64,000 nt of DNA from an uncultured bacterium (GTDB lineage: Bacteria; Planctomycetota; UBA1135; GCA-002686595). Both the position numbers and the translations under genes were made by a program. The notes beneath the pieces were generated by a model. It saw nothing but the letters and a program-made list of their open reading frames with translations. It did no database searches and was not told the DNA's origin. The DNA lies in assembly GCA_943787795.1 (NCBI GenBank), contig CALSNU010000002.1, positions 672,001 to 736,000 of the forward strand. Direction: 5' to 3'. Positions 9,639-19,137 of this stretch are shown one piece after another. Numbering within the stretch: the stretch's first letter is position 1; the number at the start of each line of letters is the position of its first letter.

Positions 9639-11807
9639 ATGAGCTCGCCCCTTCTCCGCCGCCTCGCCCTCGCCTCCATCGCCGCCGCTGTGCCGGGTCT
9701 CGCCTCGGCCCAGTACCAGCTGGTCTGGGAGGACCAGTTCAACGGCAACAACCTCGACCTCACCAAGTGGGAGCCCATGGTCGGCAACGGTTGTCCGGGC
9801 CTTTGCGGCTGGGGCAACAACGAGCTGCAGTACTACCGGGCGGAGAACGCCACCGTCTCCAACGGCACGCTCAAGATCACGGCGCTCCAGCAGAACTTCG
9901 GCGGGGCGCAATACACGTCGGCGCGGCTGCGCACGGCGAACAAGGCGGACTTCACCTACGGCCGCTTCGAGATGCGCGCGAAGATGCCCGCAGGGCAGGG
10001 CCTCTGGCCCGCTTTCTGGATGCTCCCCACCGATTACGTGTTCGGCGGCTGGGCGGCCAGCGGGGAGATCGACGTGATGGAGTACCTCGGGAACGACACC
10101 CGCACGGTCTACGGCACGATCCACTACGGGGGCGAGTACCCCGCGAACACCTACTCCGGCGGCTCCCGGACGGTGCCGTTCGGTAACCTGGTGGACGACT
10201 TCCACGAGTACGCGGTGGAGTGGGACGAGTTCGAGATGCGCTGGTACCTCGACGGCCAGCTCTACTCCACGAAGACCTCCTGGTGGAGCTCCGGCGGCGC
10301 CTACCCCGCGCCCTTCAACCAGCGCTTCCACATGCTGCTCAACCTCGCGGTGGGCGGGAACTGGCCGGGGTCGCCCAACGGATCGACCCAGTTCCCTGCG
10401 ACGATGGAGGTGGACTATGTCCGCGTCTTTCAGGAGGGGGGGACGAACCCCAACGCCTGCGTTCAGGTCTTCGACGACATGGAGCTCGCGGACCCCGCGT
10501 CGGACTACTTCACCTTCGGCGGCCCCTCCTCGGGCGGTCAGGTGAGTACCGAGGTCGGGGACCATCCTCCCGTCGCCGGCAGCCAGTCTCTCGACGCCAA
10601 CTGGGGCAATCTCTTCAACTCGCCGGGGTTCCTCGGCGGCTTCGGAAAGACGCTCCCCCTCGACCTCTCGAACGCCACCCACTTCGAGTTCTGGATCAAG
10701 CCCAAGTCCAGCCAGGACCTCGTGATTGAGATCAACCTGCAGGACGACGACAACGGCGACAACGTCATCCCCTCGGTCCCGGACGGGGCGGACGACGAGT
10801 TCCAGTACGAGCTGCACATCGCCGCAACGGGGACCGAGATCGTCAGCGGCGCGGGCTGGCAGAAGGTCTCCATTCCGATCTCGGAGTTCACCGACGACAA
10901 CAGCTACCACACGGGCGGAAACGGGATCTGGGACCCCACGCCCACCGGCGCGGGGGGCAACGGCCAGATGGTCAACGTGGTCTTCGCCCTGGTGAGCCTC
11001 AACGGCCTCCCCGCCGAGTTCAAGACGGACCAGTGGGAGTTCACCCGCAAGGGGTCGATCGCGGGCCGGGTCTGGGCGGATGAGAACGGAGACGGGATCG
11101 ACAACCTCGAGTATGGCCTCGAGGGCGTGAGCCTCCGCCTCATCGACGACCAGTCGGGCAGCGTTGTCGGTGTGTCCACCACGGACGCCGACGGCCGCTA
11201 TGCCTTCGCAGACCTCGCAGACGGCGACTTCGCCGTCGAGGTGATCCCGTCGGGCCTGCCCTTCGGTGCGACCCCGACCTTCGACCCCGATGGCGTGAAT
11301 ACCCCAGGCGCCTTCGCCGCCACGCTCGGCTGCGGTGAGGAGCTGGCGGACCAGAACTTCGGCTACAAGCCCTACTTCCTGGGCCAGACCTACTGCTCCC
11401 CCGCCAGCCCGAACTCAACCGGCGGCCCCGGGGAGATCTCGGCCAGCGGCTCCGTGATGACGGCGGACAACGACGTGGTCCTCTTCTGCTCGTCCCTGCC
11501 TTCGAACCAGTTCGGTTACTTCCTCACCTCCATGACCCCTGGGTTCCTCCCGAACCCGGCGGGGAGCCAGGGCAACCTCTGCGTGCTCGGCGACATCGGC
11601 CGCTACATCGGCCCCGGCCAGGTGCAGAACAGTGGGCTCCTGGGCCTCGTCTCTCTGGGCATCAACCTGGACCAGATGCCGCGCCCGACCGGCCCCATGG
11701 CCGTGCAGCCGGGGGACACCTGGTACTTCCAGTTCTGGCACCGGGACGGCAGCGCCTCGGGGCCGGTGTCGAACATGACCGACGCCTTGCAGATCCAGTT
11801 CCAGTAG
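9639..11807 (+). CDS. Secreted GH16 beta-glucanase (laminarinase-like) with CBM-like, SdrD/Cna-B-like and lineage-typical C-terminal domains
   Basis: Signal peptide MSSPLLRRLALASIAAAVPGLASAQ; GWGNNELQYY, GLWPAFWML, catalytic EIDVME; SIAGRVWADENGDG; C-terminal YCSP..NSTG..TWYFQFWHRD. Confidence 0.92.
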   Translation: MSSPLLRRLALASIAAAVPGLASAQYQLVWEDQFNGNNLDLTKWEPMVGNGCPGLCGWGNNELQYYRAENATVSNGTLKITALQQNFGGAQYTSARLRTANKADFTYGRFEMRAKMPAGQGLWPAFWMLPTDYVFGGWAASGEIDVMEYLGNDTRTVYGTIHYGGEYPANTYSGGSRTVPFGNLVDDFHEYAVEWDEFEMRWYLDGQLYSTKTSWWSSGGAYPAPFNQRFHMLLNLAVGGNWPGSPNGSTQFPATMEVDYVRVFQEGGTNPNACVQVFDDMELADPASDYFTFGGPSSGGQVSTEVGDHPPVAGSQSLDANWGNLFNSPGFLGGFGKTLPLDLSNATHFEFWIKPKSSQDLVIEINLQDDDNGDNVIPSVPDGADDEFQYELHIAATGTEIVSGAGWQKVSIPISEFTDDNSYHTGGNGIWDPTPTGAGGNGQMVNVVFALVSLNGLPAEFKTDQWEFTRKGSIAGRVWADENGDGIDNLEYGLEGVSLRLIDDQSGSVVGVSTTDADGRYAFADLADGDFAVEVIPSGLPFGATPTFDPDGVNTPGAFAATLGCGEELADQNFGYKPYFLGQTYCSPASPNSTGGPGEISASGSVMTADNDVVLFCSSLPSNQFGYFLTSMTPGFLPNPAGSQGNLCVLGDIGRYIGPGQVQNSGLLGLVSLGINLDQMPRPTGPMAVQPGDTWYFQFWHRDGSASGPVSNMTDALQIQFQ

Positions 11808-11843
11808 CGGCCCAGAGCGGCGGCGTCCTGCTCTGGCTCCCCG

Positions 11844-11878
11844 AAGGCCCCCTGCGACCCTGGTCGCTGGGGGCCCTT
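11844..11878. terminator. GC-rich hairpin after the GH16 gene (putative intrinsic terminator)
   Basis: ggccccc-t-gcgac/gtcgc-t-gggggcc stem between convergent genes; weak U-tract. Confidence 0.6.
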
Positions 11879-11918
11879 ACCGTTGGCGGTGGAGCGCGGC
11901 GCCCTCTCCGGTGGCTTG

Positions 11919-11995
11919 CAGCACCGTGGAGTCCAGCACCGTGGAGTCCAGCACCGTCGTAACTCCAGCACCGTGGGGCCCAGCACCGTGGGGCC
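11919..11995. repeat. Intergenic minisatellite, five ~15-bp CAGCACCGTGGRGYC units
   Basis: Units start at 11919, 11934, 11949 (17-bp variant), 11966 and 11981. Confidence 0.9.
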
Positions 11996-12026
11996 CTGTG
12001 CCGTAGAACCGGGCACCTGGGAAGCC

Positions 12027-12785
12027 TCAGGGGGCCAGGTGACTCAGGGCGAACGAGAAGAGGAAGCCCAGCACGGCGAAGATGCCCGCCCGGTTCCCCG
12101 TGCCCTCGACGGACTCCGGGATCATGGTGTCGACGATCATGGTGAGCATGGCGCCAGCAGCCAGAGCCGTGGTGGCAGCGACGATGGCGGGCGAGACGCC
12201 GTCGAAGGCCAGGTAGCCCACGAGCGAGGAGAGGCCGCAGGCGACTGCGATGGCGGACCAAACGCCGAACACGTAGCCGGCCGAGCGACCCGAGCGCTTC
12301 ATGCCGTCCGAGCTCGAGAGCCCCTCGGGGAGGTTGGAGAGGAAGATCGCCACGACCGTCGCCACGCTCACCGCGCCGCCGTGCAAGATGCTCAGGCCGA
12401 TGGCGATGGACTCGGGGATCCCGTCGAGGAGGGCGCCCACGGCGATGGCCGCGCCGCTGCCGGACTGCTCGTCCTCGCTGGGCTGGCGGTCCCCCGAGCG
12501 CTTGCGCTCCTTCGCCCCGCGCGCCGCCAGGAGCGCGTTGGCCCCCGCGTAGAGGCCGGCGCCCACGAGGAAGCCTACGGCCGCCGCGCCCGTGCCCGCC
12601 TCCTGGAACGCCTCCTCCATGAGCTCGAACGACAGCGCGGAGATGAGCACGCCGCTCCCGAAGGCCATGACCGCGGCCACGACGGCCTTCGGCACCTGCA
12701 CGAGGAAGCCGACTGCGGCGCCCACCACCAGCGCGCCGCCCGACACTGCGCCCCAGAAGAGCGCCTGTACCCAGAGTTGATCCAT
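12027..12785 (-). CDS. ZIP family metal (zinc) transporter, ZupT/GufA-like
   Basis: MAFGSGVLISA, LLDGIPESIAIG, FLSNLPEG, TMIPES motifs; multiple TM helices. Confidence 0.9.
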   Translation of the reverse strand: MDQLWVQALFWGAVSGGALVVGAAVGFLVQVPKAVVAAVMAFGSGVLISALSFELMEEAFQEAGTGAAAVGFLVGAGLYAGANALLAARGAKERKRSGDRQPSEDEQSGSGAAIAVGALLDGIPESIAIGLSILHGGAVSVATVVAIFLSNLPEGLSSSDGMKRSGRSAGYVFGVWSAIAVACGLSSLVGYLAFDGVSPAIVAATTALAAGAMLTMIVDTMIPESVEGTGNRAGIFAVLGFLFSFALSHLAP

Positions 12786-12854
12786 GGAGATCCCCGACCT
12801 GCGGGGCGGCTCATCTTGCCGGATCCACGGGCGAACGCGTCGCCCCTCGCCTCA

Positions 12855-14061
12855 TCAGGCGGCGGTTCCCCTGCGGGGGTAGGTCAGCCGACGCCAGAGG
12901 AGCTCGAAGGGGCCGCCCTTTATGCGGGCCATCCACAGGCTGCTGAGGACCACCTGGGCCGTGAAGATGAGCGCCGCGAGCCCGACGAGCTGGGGGCGGG
13001 AGAAGTCACCAAGGCGCCCCGCTCCGTGCCCATAGAAGATGAGGCCAGCGACGATGTTCTGGCCCAGGTAGTTGGTCAGCGCCATGCGTCCGGTGGCTGC
13101 GAGGCCGCGCCGCAGCCGTGCGCCGAGGGAGCTCGCGCACCACACGGCGACGAGTCCGGCGTAGCCCGCGGAGAGGGAGAGGCCCCCGAACTGGTGCAGG
13201 AGCACGTCGAGGACGCGCATCCCGACGGTCGCGTCTTCGCGCCCGTGCAGGAGCAGGGACGCGCCCTCCAGGGTGAGCCCGAGGGCGAGGCCGCCGATCG
13301 CGAGGCGGCGGTGGAGGTGCCTCGCGCTGGGTTCGGCCCAGCCCTTTCGGAGCAGCGCGGCACCCACGAGGAACAGGGCCATGATCCGCCAGTTGAAGGC
13401 GATGATCGACGAGAGGAAGAGCCAGAGAACGTAGACCTGGCCGCGGGCGGCGGAGCCCTCGAGGAAGGTGCCCTCCGCGAGCGCCTGGTCCAGCGCACGC
13501 TCGCCATCGCCGCCGCTGGCGCCGTCGATGTAGACGCCCTCGAAGATGCACCGAGAGCGTGACCCCGACGGCCAGGAAGGCGCCGGAGATCCAGAGCATC
13601 GTGCGGGGCGAGCAGCGGCGGAGCAGGAAGAGCGCCGTTCCCGCCACGGCATAGGGCAGCAGGATGTCGCCGAAGAAGATGCAGACGCCGTTCAGCACGC
13701 CGAAGGCGGCGAGGACCGCGAGGCGGCGGGGGTAGAACGAGCGGGGGTTCACGCCCCGCGCCTCGGCCCTGTCCACCTGCAACGCGAGGCCCATGCCGAA
13801 GAGCAGGGAGAACAGCCCCATGAACTTGTTCTCCGCGAGGGCGCGGATGAGGGCGGCGGTCCAGGCGCCGGATCCATCGCCCGTCTCACCGATGGCGCCA
13901 CCGGCAGCCCAGAGGCTCGGCGCGTCGCCGGCCTCGGAGAGGGGGAGGCCGAGGAACGGCAGGTTCACCAAGAGGATGCCGAAGAGGGCGACCCCACGGA
14001 GCACGTCTAGGAACTCGATGCGGTCGCTGGAAGGGGTCGGGCGGGCAGCTGCGACGGACAA
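12855..14061 (-). pseudogene. DUF418/YeiB family membrane protein with a frameshift near 13550 (or sequencing error)
   Basis: N-half (RIEFLDVLRGVALFGILLVN, KFMGLFSLLFG, GDIL) and C-half (GRMALTNYLGQ, GPFELLWRRLTY) lie in different frames; junction CTC TCG GTG C ATC TTC GAG. Confidence 0.85.
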
Positions 14062-14178
14062 GGTGGCTCCGGGGGAAGGCGAGGCGCTGGAGGCAGGGTG
14101 CCCCAGCGAGCATAGGAGATGGGCGCCAGGGGCGAGGGGCGGGTCGACGGTCAGGGGGAGCAGGGTTAGGGTTCGTCC

Positions 14179-14553
14179 ATGAAGCTCGGCGCACAGCAGC
14201 CTCGGCTCGCTCCGGTGATCCCTGGCCCACTCCTCGCGCTCATCGTCTACGCGGTGCTGGTCCGCGTGATGTCGATCTACGGCCTGGTGACCCTCTCATT
14301 TCCGAAGATCGAGGGCCCGCCGGTGGACCGCACCCCCGGGACCGCGCTCGTGGTGGTGATGTCGGTCATTCACCTGGGCTTCGCGGTGGTCCTGGTGGGC
14401 CTCTTCCGCAAGAGCCGACGCGCCCCCGCGGGGGTTCGCCGGGCCCACCTTGCGGGCTGCGTGTTCGGCGCCGCGCTCCTCGTGCTCCTCCAGTGGAGCG
14501 CGCTGAGCGGGCTGGGTGTCATGCACTCGGTGCTCGACAACGCGGGGCGCTGA
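14179..14553 (+). CDS. Small membrane protein (about 3 TM), unknown function
   Basis: Three hydrophobic segments; start uncertain. Confidence 0.55.
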   Translation: MKLGAQQPRLAPVIPGPLLALIVYAVLVRVMSIYGLVTLSFPKIEGPPVDRTPGTALVVVMSVIHLGFAVVLVGLFRKSRRAPAGVRRAHLAGCVFGAALLVLLQWSALSGLGVMHSVLDNAGR

Positions 14554-14770
14554 CCCCGCTGCGCGGGGGCAGCGTCGGCCCCCCCCGAGAGGCCCCCCCG
14601 AGAGGCTCCGCCCGCGCGAGTTCGGATTCGAGACGGAGCCGCGGCGGGTAGTTGAGTTCCAGCTAATGGGCAGGGGTTATCCCTGACGATAGCCGCGGGG
14701 ACGGACGAGAGAGGGCCCCTGCAGCGTGGGGGGCCGCCTCGCCCCGCCTCGGATCACCGCCTGAGCCTCC

Positions 14771-15937
14771 ATGAACTGCCCCTCCAAAGCCCGCGTCCTG
14801 CTCGTCGATGACGAGCCCCTCGTCTCCAGCGGCCTGCGCCGGATACACCAGCAGTCCTTCGACTTCGTCTGCGCCAGCAGCCCCCAGGAGGCCATCGAGC
14901 GCCTCGAGCATCACGGTCCCTTCGCGGTCGTGGTGTCTGACTACCAGATGCCTGCCGTCAACGGCGCCGAGTTCCTGAGCGAGGTCGCGGAGCGTTACCC
15001 GGACACGAGCCGGGTCATGCTCACCGGGCACGGCAACCTCGCGACGGCGGTGGATGCCGTGAACCGCGGCAGCATCTTCCGCTTCCTCATGAAGCCCTGC
15101 GACCCGGCCCTCTTCCGCAAGGTTGTCAGCGACGGTGCGGAGCAATTTCGGCTGCGCCGTGCGGAGCAGGACCTGCTGCGCGAGACGGTCCAGGGCGCCG
15201 TCGAGGTCCTCGTTGAGGTGATGGCCCTCAACAACCCCAAGGCGTTTGGCCGCTCACGCCGCGTTCAGCGTCTCGTGGCCGCCGCGGCGAAGGAGCTCGG
15301 ACTCCCGTCCACTTGGGAGCTCGAGACCGCCGCGCTGCTCTCTCAGCTCGGCCACGTCGCCATCCCTGACGTGATCCTCGAGCGCGCGAGCATGGGGCAG
15401 ACCCTCTCGGAGGATCAGGCCCGCATGCTGGACGAACACCCGCAGCTCACGAGTCGACTCGTCGGCAAGATCCCGCGCCTTCAGACCGTGGCGGCCATGA
15501 TCGCGCCGGGCGCCGCTGATGATGGAACCGCCGATGTGGCGGTCCAGGTCGCGGCCCGTCTGCTTCGTGCCGCGACCGACTACGAGGAGTTGATCGCGCT
15601 GGGGGCGGAGCCGCAGCAGGCGCAGGCGGCGCTCGCGGACCCAACCCGCGGTCATGACGCGCGGACGGTGCATGCCGTGGCCAGCGCGGGTGCGGAGCTT
15701 CACCGCTCGACGCTCCAGGCGGTCCCGGTGGCGAAGCTCCAGCCCGGGATGATCCTCGCGGAGGACCTGCGCGCCATGGGCGGCGGCCAGGTGATCCTCA
15801 AGCGTGGCGTCGAGCTGAGCGAGAGCTCCCTCCAGCGACTGCGCAACTACAGCGCCGCAGAGCTCCTCCAGACCGACTCCGTGAGGGTGTTCCTGCACGG
15901 GCAGGCGGTTGCGGCGGACGCCGCCGTCGCGGCCTGA
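14771..15937 (+). CDS. Response regulator with degenerate HD-like output domain (RpfG-like)
   Basis: REC motifs LLVDDEP, VSDYQMP, MLTG, KP; HD position reads LLSQLG. Confidence 0.88.
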   Translation: MNCPSKARVLLVDDEPLVSSGLRRIHQQSFDFVCASSPQEAIERLEHHGPFAVVVSDYQMPAVNGAEFLSEVAERYPDTSRVMLTGHGNLATAVDAVNRGSIFRFLMKPCDPALFRKVVSDGAEQFRLRRAEQDLLRETVQGAVEVLVEVMALNNPKAFGRSRRVQRLVAAAAKELGLPSTWELETAALLSQLGHVAIPDVILERASMGQTLSEDQARMLDEHPQLTSRLVGKIPRLQTVAAMIAPGAADDGTADVAVQVAARLLRAATDYEELIALGAEPQQAQAALADPTRGHDARTVHAVASAGAELHRSTLQAVPVAKLQPGMILAEDLRAMGGGQVILKRGVELSESSLQRLRNYSAAELLQTDSVRVFLHGQAVAADAAVAA

Positions 15938-15941
15938 AGGA

Positions 15942-16268
15942 TCAGGCGCGGGCCTCGCGAGCGCGCAACGCCAAGGCCGCGGCGATCGCGGCCGCCGCGG
16001 GAAGCCAGAGGGGCACCTGGAGCTCCCAGTCTCCGGGGCCTCGCCGTCGCCACTCGGGCGTGAAGCGCAGGGGCTCGCTGTTGCCCGCGATGTAGAACGT
16101 CTCGCGAACCTCTCGATCGGATCGCGTGACCCGAAGCCGTCCGTGTTCGAGGCGGCACGAGACGCCGCCCCCGCCCCAGCCCGAGTAGACGGCGGCGTTG
16201 ATTGGATAGAGCAGCAGGAGCAGCGCCGCGAGCACGAGGCATCCGTGCCGCGCGCCGCGTCGGCTCAA
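15942..16268 (-). CDS. Small membrane protein, translationally coupled to the upstream Cys-rich gene
   Basis: TTG start overlaps the upstream TGA (TTGA); N-terminal TM and C-terminal QVPLWLPAAAA TM. Confidence 0.6.
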   Translation of the reverse strand: MSRRGARHGCLVLAALLLLLYPINAAVYSGWGGGGVSCRLEHGRLRVTRSDREVRETFYIAGNSEPLRFTPEWRRRGPGDWELQVPLWLPAAAAIAAALALRAREARA

Positions 16269-16588
16269 GCGTCGGTGGCCTTGGTGGAGCAGCAGGCGCT
16301 GGTGCACGCCTCTTCGGCCACCTGAGCCGCGGCGGGCTCGTCCGCCGGGCAGATCATGTCCTCGTCGGGGCAGACGTCGGGGGCGAAGCAGTCGGGACCC
16401 GCGGGGCAGAGGGTGTCCTCGTCGCCGCAGACGGCGCTGTCGAAGCAGCCGCCCTCGGTGCAGCAGCTCGCCTCGCCACCAGCCGCCGGCGCGGGGCTGG
16501 CGGAAGCCTGGTCGATGCCCTGGAAGGCGAGGACCGAGAGGGCGAGGGTGAGGACGCCTGCGGTGGTGATAGCCATGAGTTGCTTCAT
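16265..16588 (-). CDS. Small secreted cysteine-rich acidic protein (107 aa, 11 Cys)
   Basis: Signal-like MKQLMAITTAGVLTLALSVLAF; CC..CFDSAVCGDEDTLCP..CFAPDVCPDEDMICP..CTSACC. Confidence 0.7.
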   Translation of the reverse strand: MKQLMAITTAGVLTLALSVLAFQGIDQASASPAPAAGGEASCCTEGGCFDSAVCGDEDTLCPAGPDCFAPDVCPDEDMICPADEPAAAQVAEEACTSACCSTKATDA

Positions 16589-16744
16589 GCGTGTGACCGT
16601 ACACCGCGCTTGCCTATTTGGGGAGAGCTCCTTTTTGGGGCTGGGGATTGTCCTCGGCACGCTCCAGGGCTCTCTTGTGGCCGGAACTTGTCGGTCAGGA
16701 TGAGCGTCCGCGACCCACAAGACGCGCCACAGACCCCCTCCGCC

Positions 16745-18286
16745 ATGCAGCAGACCGCTATTTCCCTCCTCGCCCTCGCCCTGACCCTCTCCTGCGCCGC
16801 GGTAGGCCCCCAGCAGCAGGTGGCGAAGGCGGCTCCCGCGCCGCGCGGGATCCCCTCCGTTGAGCTCTTCCAGACCACCCGGGGCGGCGACCGGCTGAAG
16901 CTGGTGGAGGTCTCCGCGGCTCCGGCCGCGGACGGGGCGCGCCGGCTGACCCTGGACCCCTCGACCACCTTCCAGACTCTCGAGGGCATCGGCGGGTCGT
17001 TCACCGAGGCCAGCGGCCAGGTGCTCACGGAGCTCTCGGCGGGCAAGCGGGACGAGGTCCTCAAGGCGTACTTCTCGCCCGAGGGCGCGCACTACTCCCT
17101 GACGCGAACCCACATCGGGAGCTGCGACTTCTCGGTCAAGCACTACAGCTACGCGCCGGTCCCCGATGACGTGGCCCTCGAGCACTTCACCATCGAGCCC
17201 GATCGCAACTACCTGCTGCCCATGATCAAGGACGCGCAGCAGGTGGAGGGCGCGAGCTTCAAGGTGCTCTCTTCTCCGTGGACCGCGCCGCCCTGGATGA
17301 AGGACAACGGCTGGTGGCACGGCGGCGAGCTGAAGCCCGAGCACTACTCGACCTTCGCCGACTACATCGTCCGCTACCTGAAGGCGTATGAGGCGGAGGG
17401 CATCCCGGTATGGGGGATCACCCCGGAGAACGAGCCGCTGGGCAACGGCGGGAACTGGGAGAGCCTGCACTTCAACGCCGAGCAGATGCGGATGTTCATC
17501 GCCGATCACCTCGGGCCGGCGCTCGCGGCGTCCGGCCTCGACACCACCCTCTGGATGTACGACCAGAACCGCGAGGAGGAGATGATCGAGTGGGCGAACG
17601 TCATCCTCGGGGACGAGCGCGCGGCGTCCTTCGTGGACGGCATGGCGGTGCACTGGTACCAGAGCACCGTGGACGTGGGCGGCGACGCCCTCGACCACGT
17701 GCAGCAGAAGTTCCCGGACACGCCCATCCTCCACTCCGAGGGCTGCATCGACGCCATGGGCGACGACGAGCCGGTGGGTTGCTGGCTCGAGGACGACTGG
17801 TACTGGCGCCCCGCGGCCACGGACTGGGGCTTCATCTGGGCGCCCGAGGAGGACAAGCCGGCCCACCCGCCGTACCGCCCCTTCTACCGCTACACCCGCG
17901 ACCTGATCGGCGGCCTCAACCACGGCCTGGTGGGCTGGATCGACTGGAACATGGTGCTCGATACCCGCGGCGGCCCGAACCACGTGCGGAACTATTGCCT
18001 CGCGCCGGTGATGATCGACAGCGGTCGGGACCACGTGTACTACTCGCCGCTCTACTACTCGGTCGCCCACTTCAGCCGCTTCATGCGCCCCGGCGCGAAG
18101 CGCATCGCCATCGACGGTCACGACGACGACCTCATGGCCACCGCCGTGCAGAACCCCGACGGCTCCATCGCCGTCGCGGTCTTCAACCTGACGATGGAGC
18201 CCGTGGACTATGCGGTCCAGCACGGGGACGACACGATCCCCGTCACCATCGAGGGACAGGCGCTCCAGACCCTCGTGCTGCGCTGA
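16745..18286 (+). CDS. GH30 glycoside hydrolase (glucosylceramidase/beta-1,6-glucanase-like), probable lipoprotein
   Basis: RTHIGSCDFS, SPWTAPPWMK, GITPENEP acid/base, AVHWY, HSEGC nucleophile, WIDWNMVLD..GGPNH, HFSRF. Confidence 0.93.
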   Translation: MQQTAISLLALALTLSCAAVGPQQQVAKAAPAPRGIPSVELFQTTRGGDRLKLVEVSAAPAADGARRLTLDPSTTFQTLEGIGGSFTEASGQVLTELSAGKRDEVLKAYFSPEGAHYSLTRTHIGSCDFSVKHYSYAPVPDDVALEHFTIEPDRNYLLPMIKDAQQVEGASFKVLSSPWTAPPWMKDNGWWHGGELKPEHYSTFADYIVRYLKAYEAEGIPVWGITPENEPLGNGGNWESLHFNAEQMRMFIADHLGPALAASGLDTTLWMYDQNREEEMIEWANVILGDERAASFVDGMAVHWYQSTVDVGGDALDHVQQKFPDTPILHSEGCIDAMGDDEPVGCWLEDDWYWRPAATDWGFIWAPEEDKPAHPPYRPFYRYTRDLIGGLNHGLVGWIDWNMVLDTRGGPNHVRNYCLAPVMIDSGRDHVYYSPLYYSVAHFSRFMRPGAKRIAIDGHDDDLMATAVQNPDGSIAVAVFNLTMEPVDYAVQHGDDTIPVTIEGQALQTLVLR

Positions 18287-18301
18287 GTTGCCGGAGCGGG
18301 C

Positions 18302-19006
18302 TCACTGCACGTGGACGTGGAGGGCCCACGCGGGGCCTTGGTGCTCACGCAGGGCCAGGCGCTGGCCATTGACGCCGATGTCGAGGCGCAGGCCGCCTGC
18401 GGGGCCACGACGTGGAAGCGGTTGATCCACGGCCGTTCCCCCTCCCGCCCACACCTGCGACGCGAGAATCCACGTCTCCCCGGCCTCGCCGTCGGCGTTC
18501 TCGGAGGTCTGCAGCGCGTCCTCCCTCCAGTAGGCGGCGTCCCGGGCCGAGCCCGGGAGGATACCGTGCGTCACGGAGGGCTCCCCTTCGCCGAGGAAGG
18601 CGAGACGATAGCGCGTGGCGCAGACCTCACCGAGGGGCATGAGCAGCGCTGCGGCGTGCGTGGCCTCGGCGCCGACGGCCTTGAGCTCTTCGAAGAGCTC
18701 GGCCGTACTCACTTCGAAGCGCTCCAGGGAGAGGAGCGCCTGCCCCTGGACCTCCTCGGTGCGCTCGGTCCAGGTGGAGCCGTTAGCGCCTGCGAGCCCG
18801 TAGCGGACTCGCCTGAGACCTTCACCAAGATGGAGCCGCCAGGCGCTGGAGCCGATTCGGGGGCTGGTGTTGATCCTCTGAACCGACCAGCGGCCAGGGG
18901 CAGGGCTCGGGCCCGTGGCCTTCGCCCCATCCAGCCCCTTGAGGGAGAGAGGCGAGGTGGCGTCCAGGAAGAGGGCGAGGGCGGGAAGGGGGTGGGACTT
19001 CGACAT
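18302..19006 (-). CDS. Hypothetical protein, paralogue of 19138-19926
   Basis: Shared blocks WRLxxGEG..VxYG, ELxxxLxxxGA, GxLPG..DAAxW, ILASxxW. Confidence 0.6.
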   Translation of the reverse strand: MSKSHPLPALALFLDATSPLSLKGLDGAKATGPSPAPGRWSVQRINTSPRIGSSAWRLHLGEGLRRVRYGLAGANGSTWTERTEEVQGQALLSLERFEVSTAELFEELKAVGAEATHAAALLMPLGEVCATRYRLAFLGEGEPSVTHGILPGSARDAAYWREDALQTSENADGEAGETWILASQVWAGGGTAVDQPLPRRGPAGGLRLDIGVNGQRLALREHQGPAWALHVHVQ

Positions 19007-19137
19007 CGGCGGGGGAGGCTTGTGGGCGCGTGGCCTGCCCTTGGGGCTGGCCTTCACACCCACATGCACCTCCCCGCGAATCCCGGACATCGAATCCGAA
19101 GAAAGCGCCCGGTGGCCGCGGCTTGCCGCCGCTTCGG

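Noticed and set aside
8772..11807. 1011-aa ORF as a single protein
   Set aside because: A clear signal peptide begins at 9639 and the preceding ~250 bp looks non-coding; the open frame is explained by high GC
11919..11995. Possible CRISPR array
   Set aside because: Units are 15 bp and contiguous with no spacers; no cas genes in the window
16265..18223. 652-aa minus-strand ORF
   Set aside because: Mostly antisense to GH30; only the last 107 codons look real
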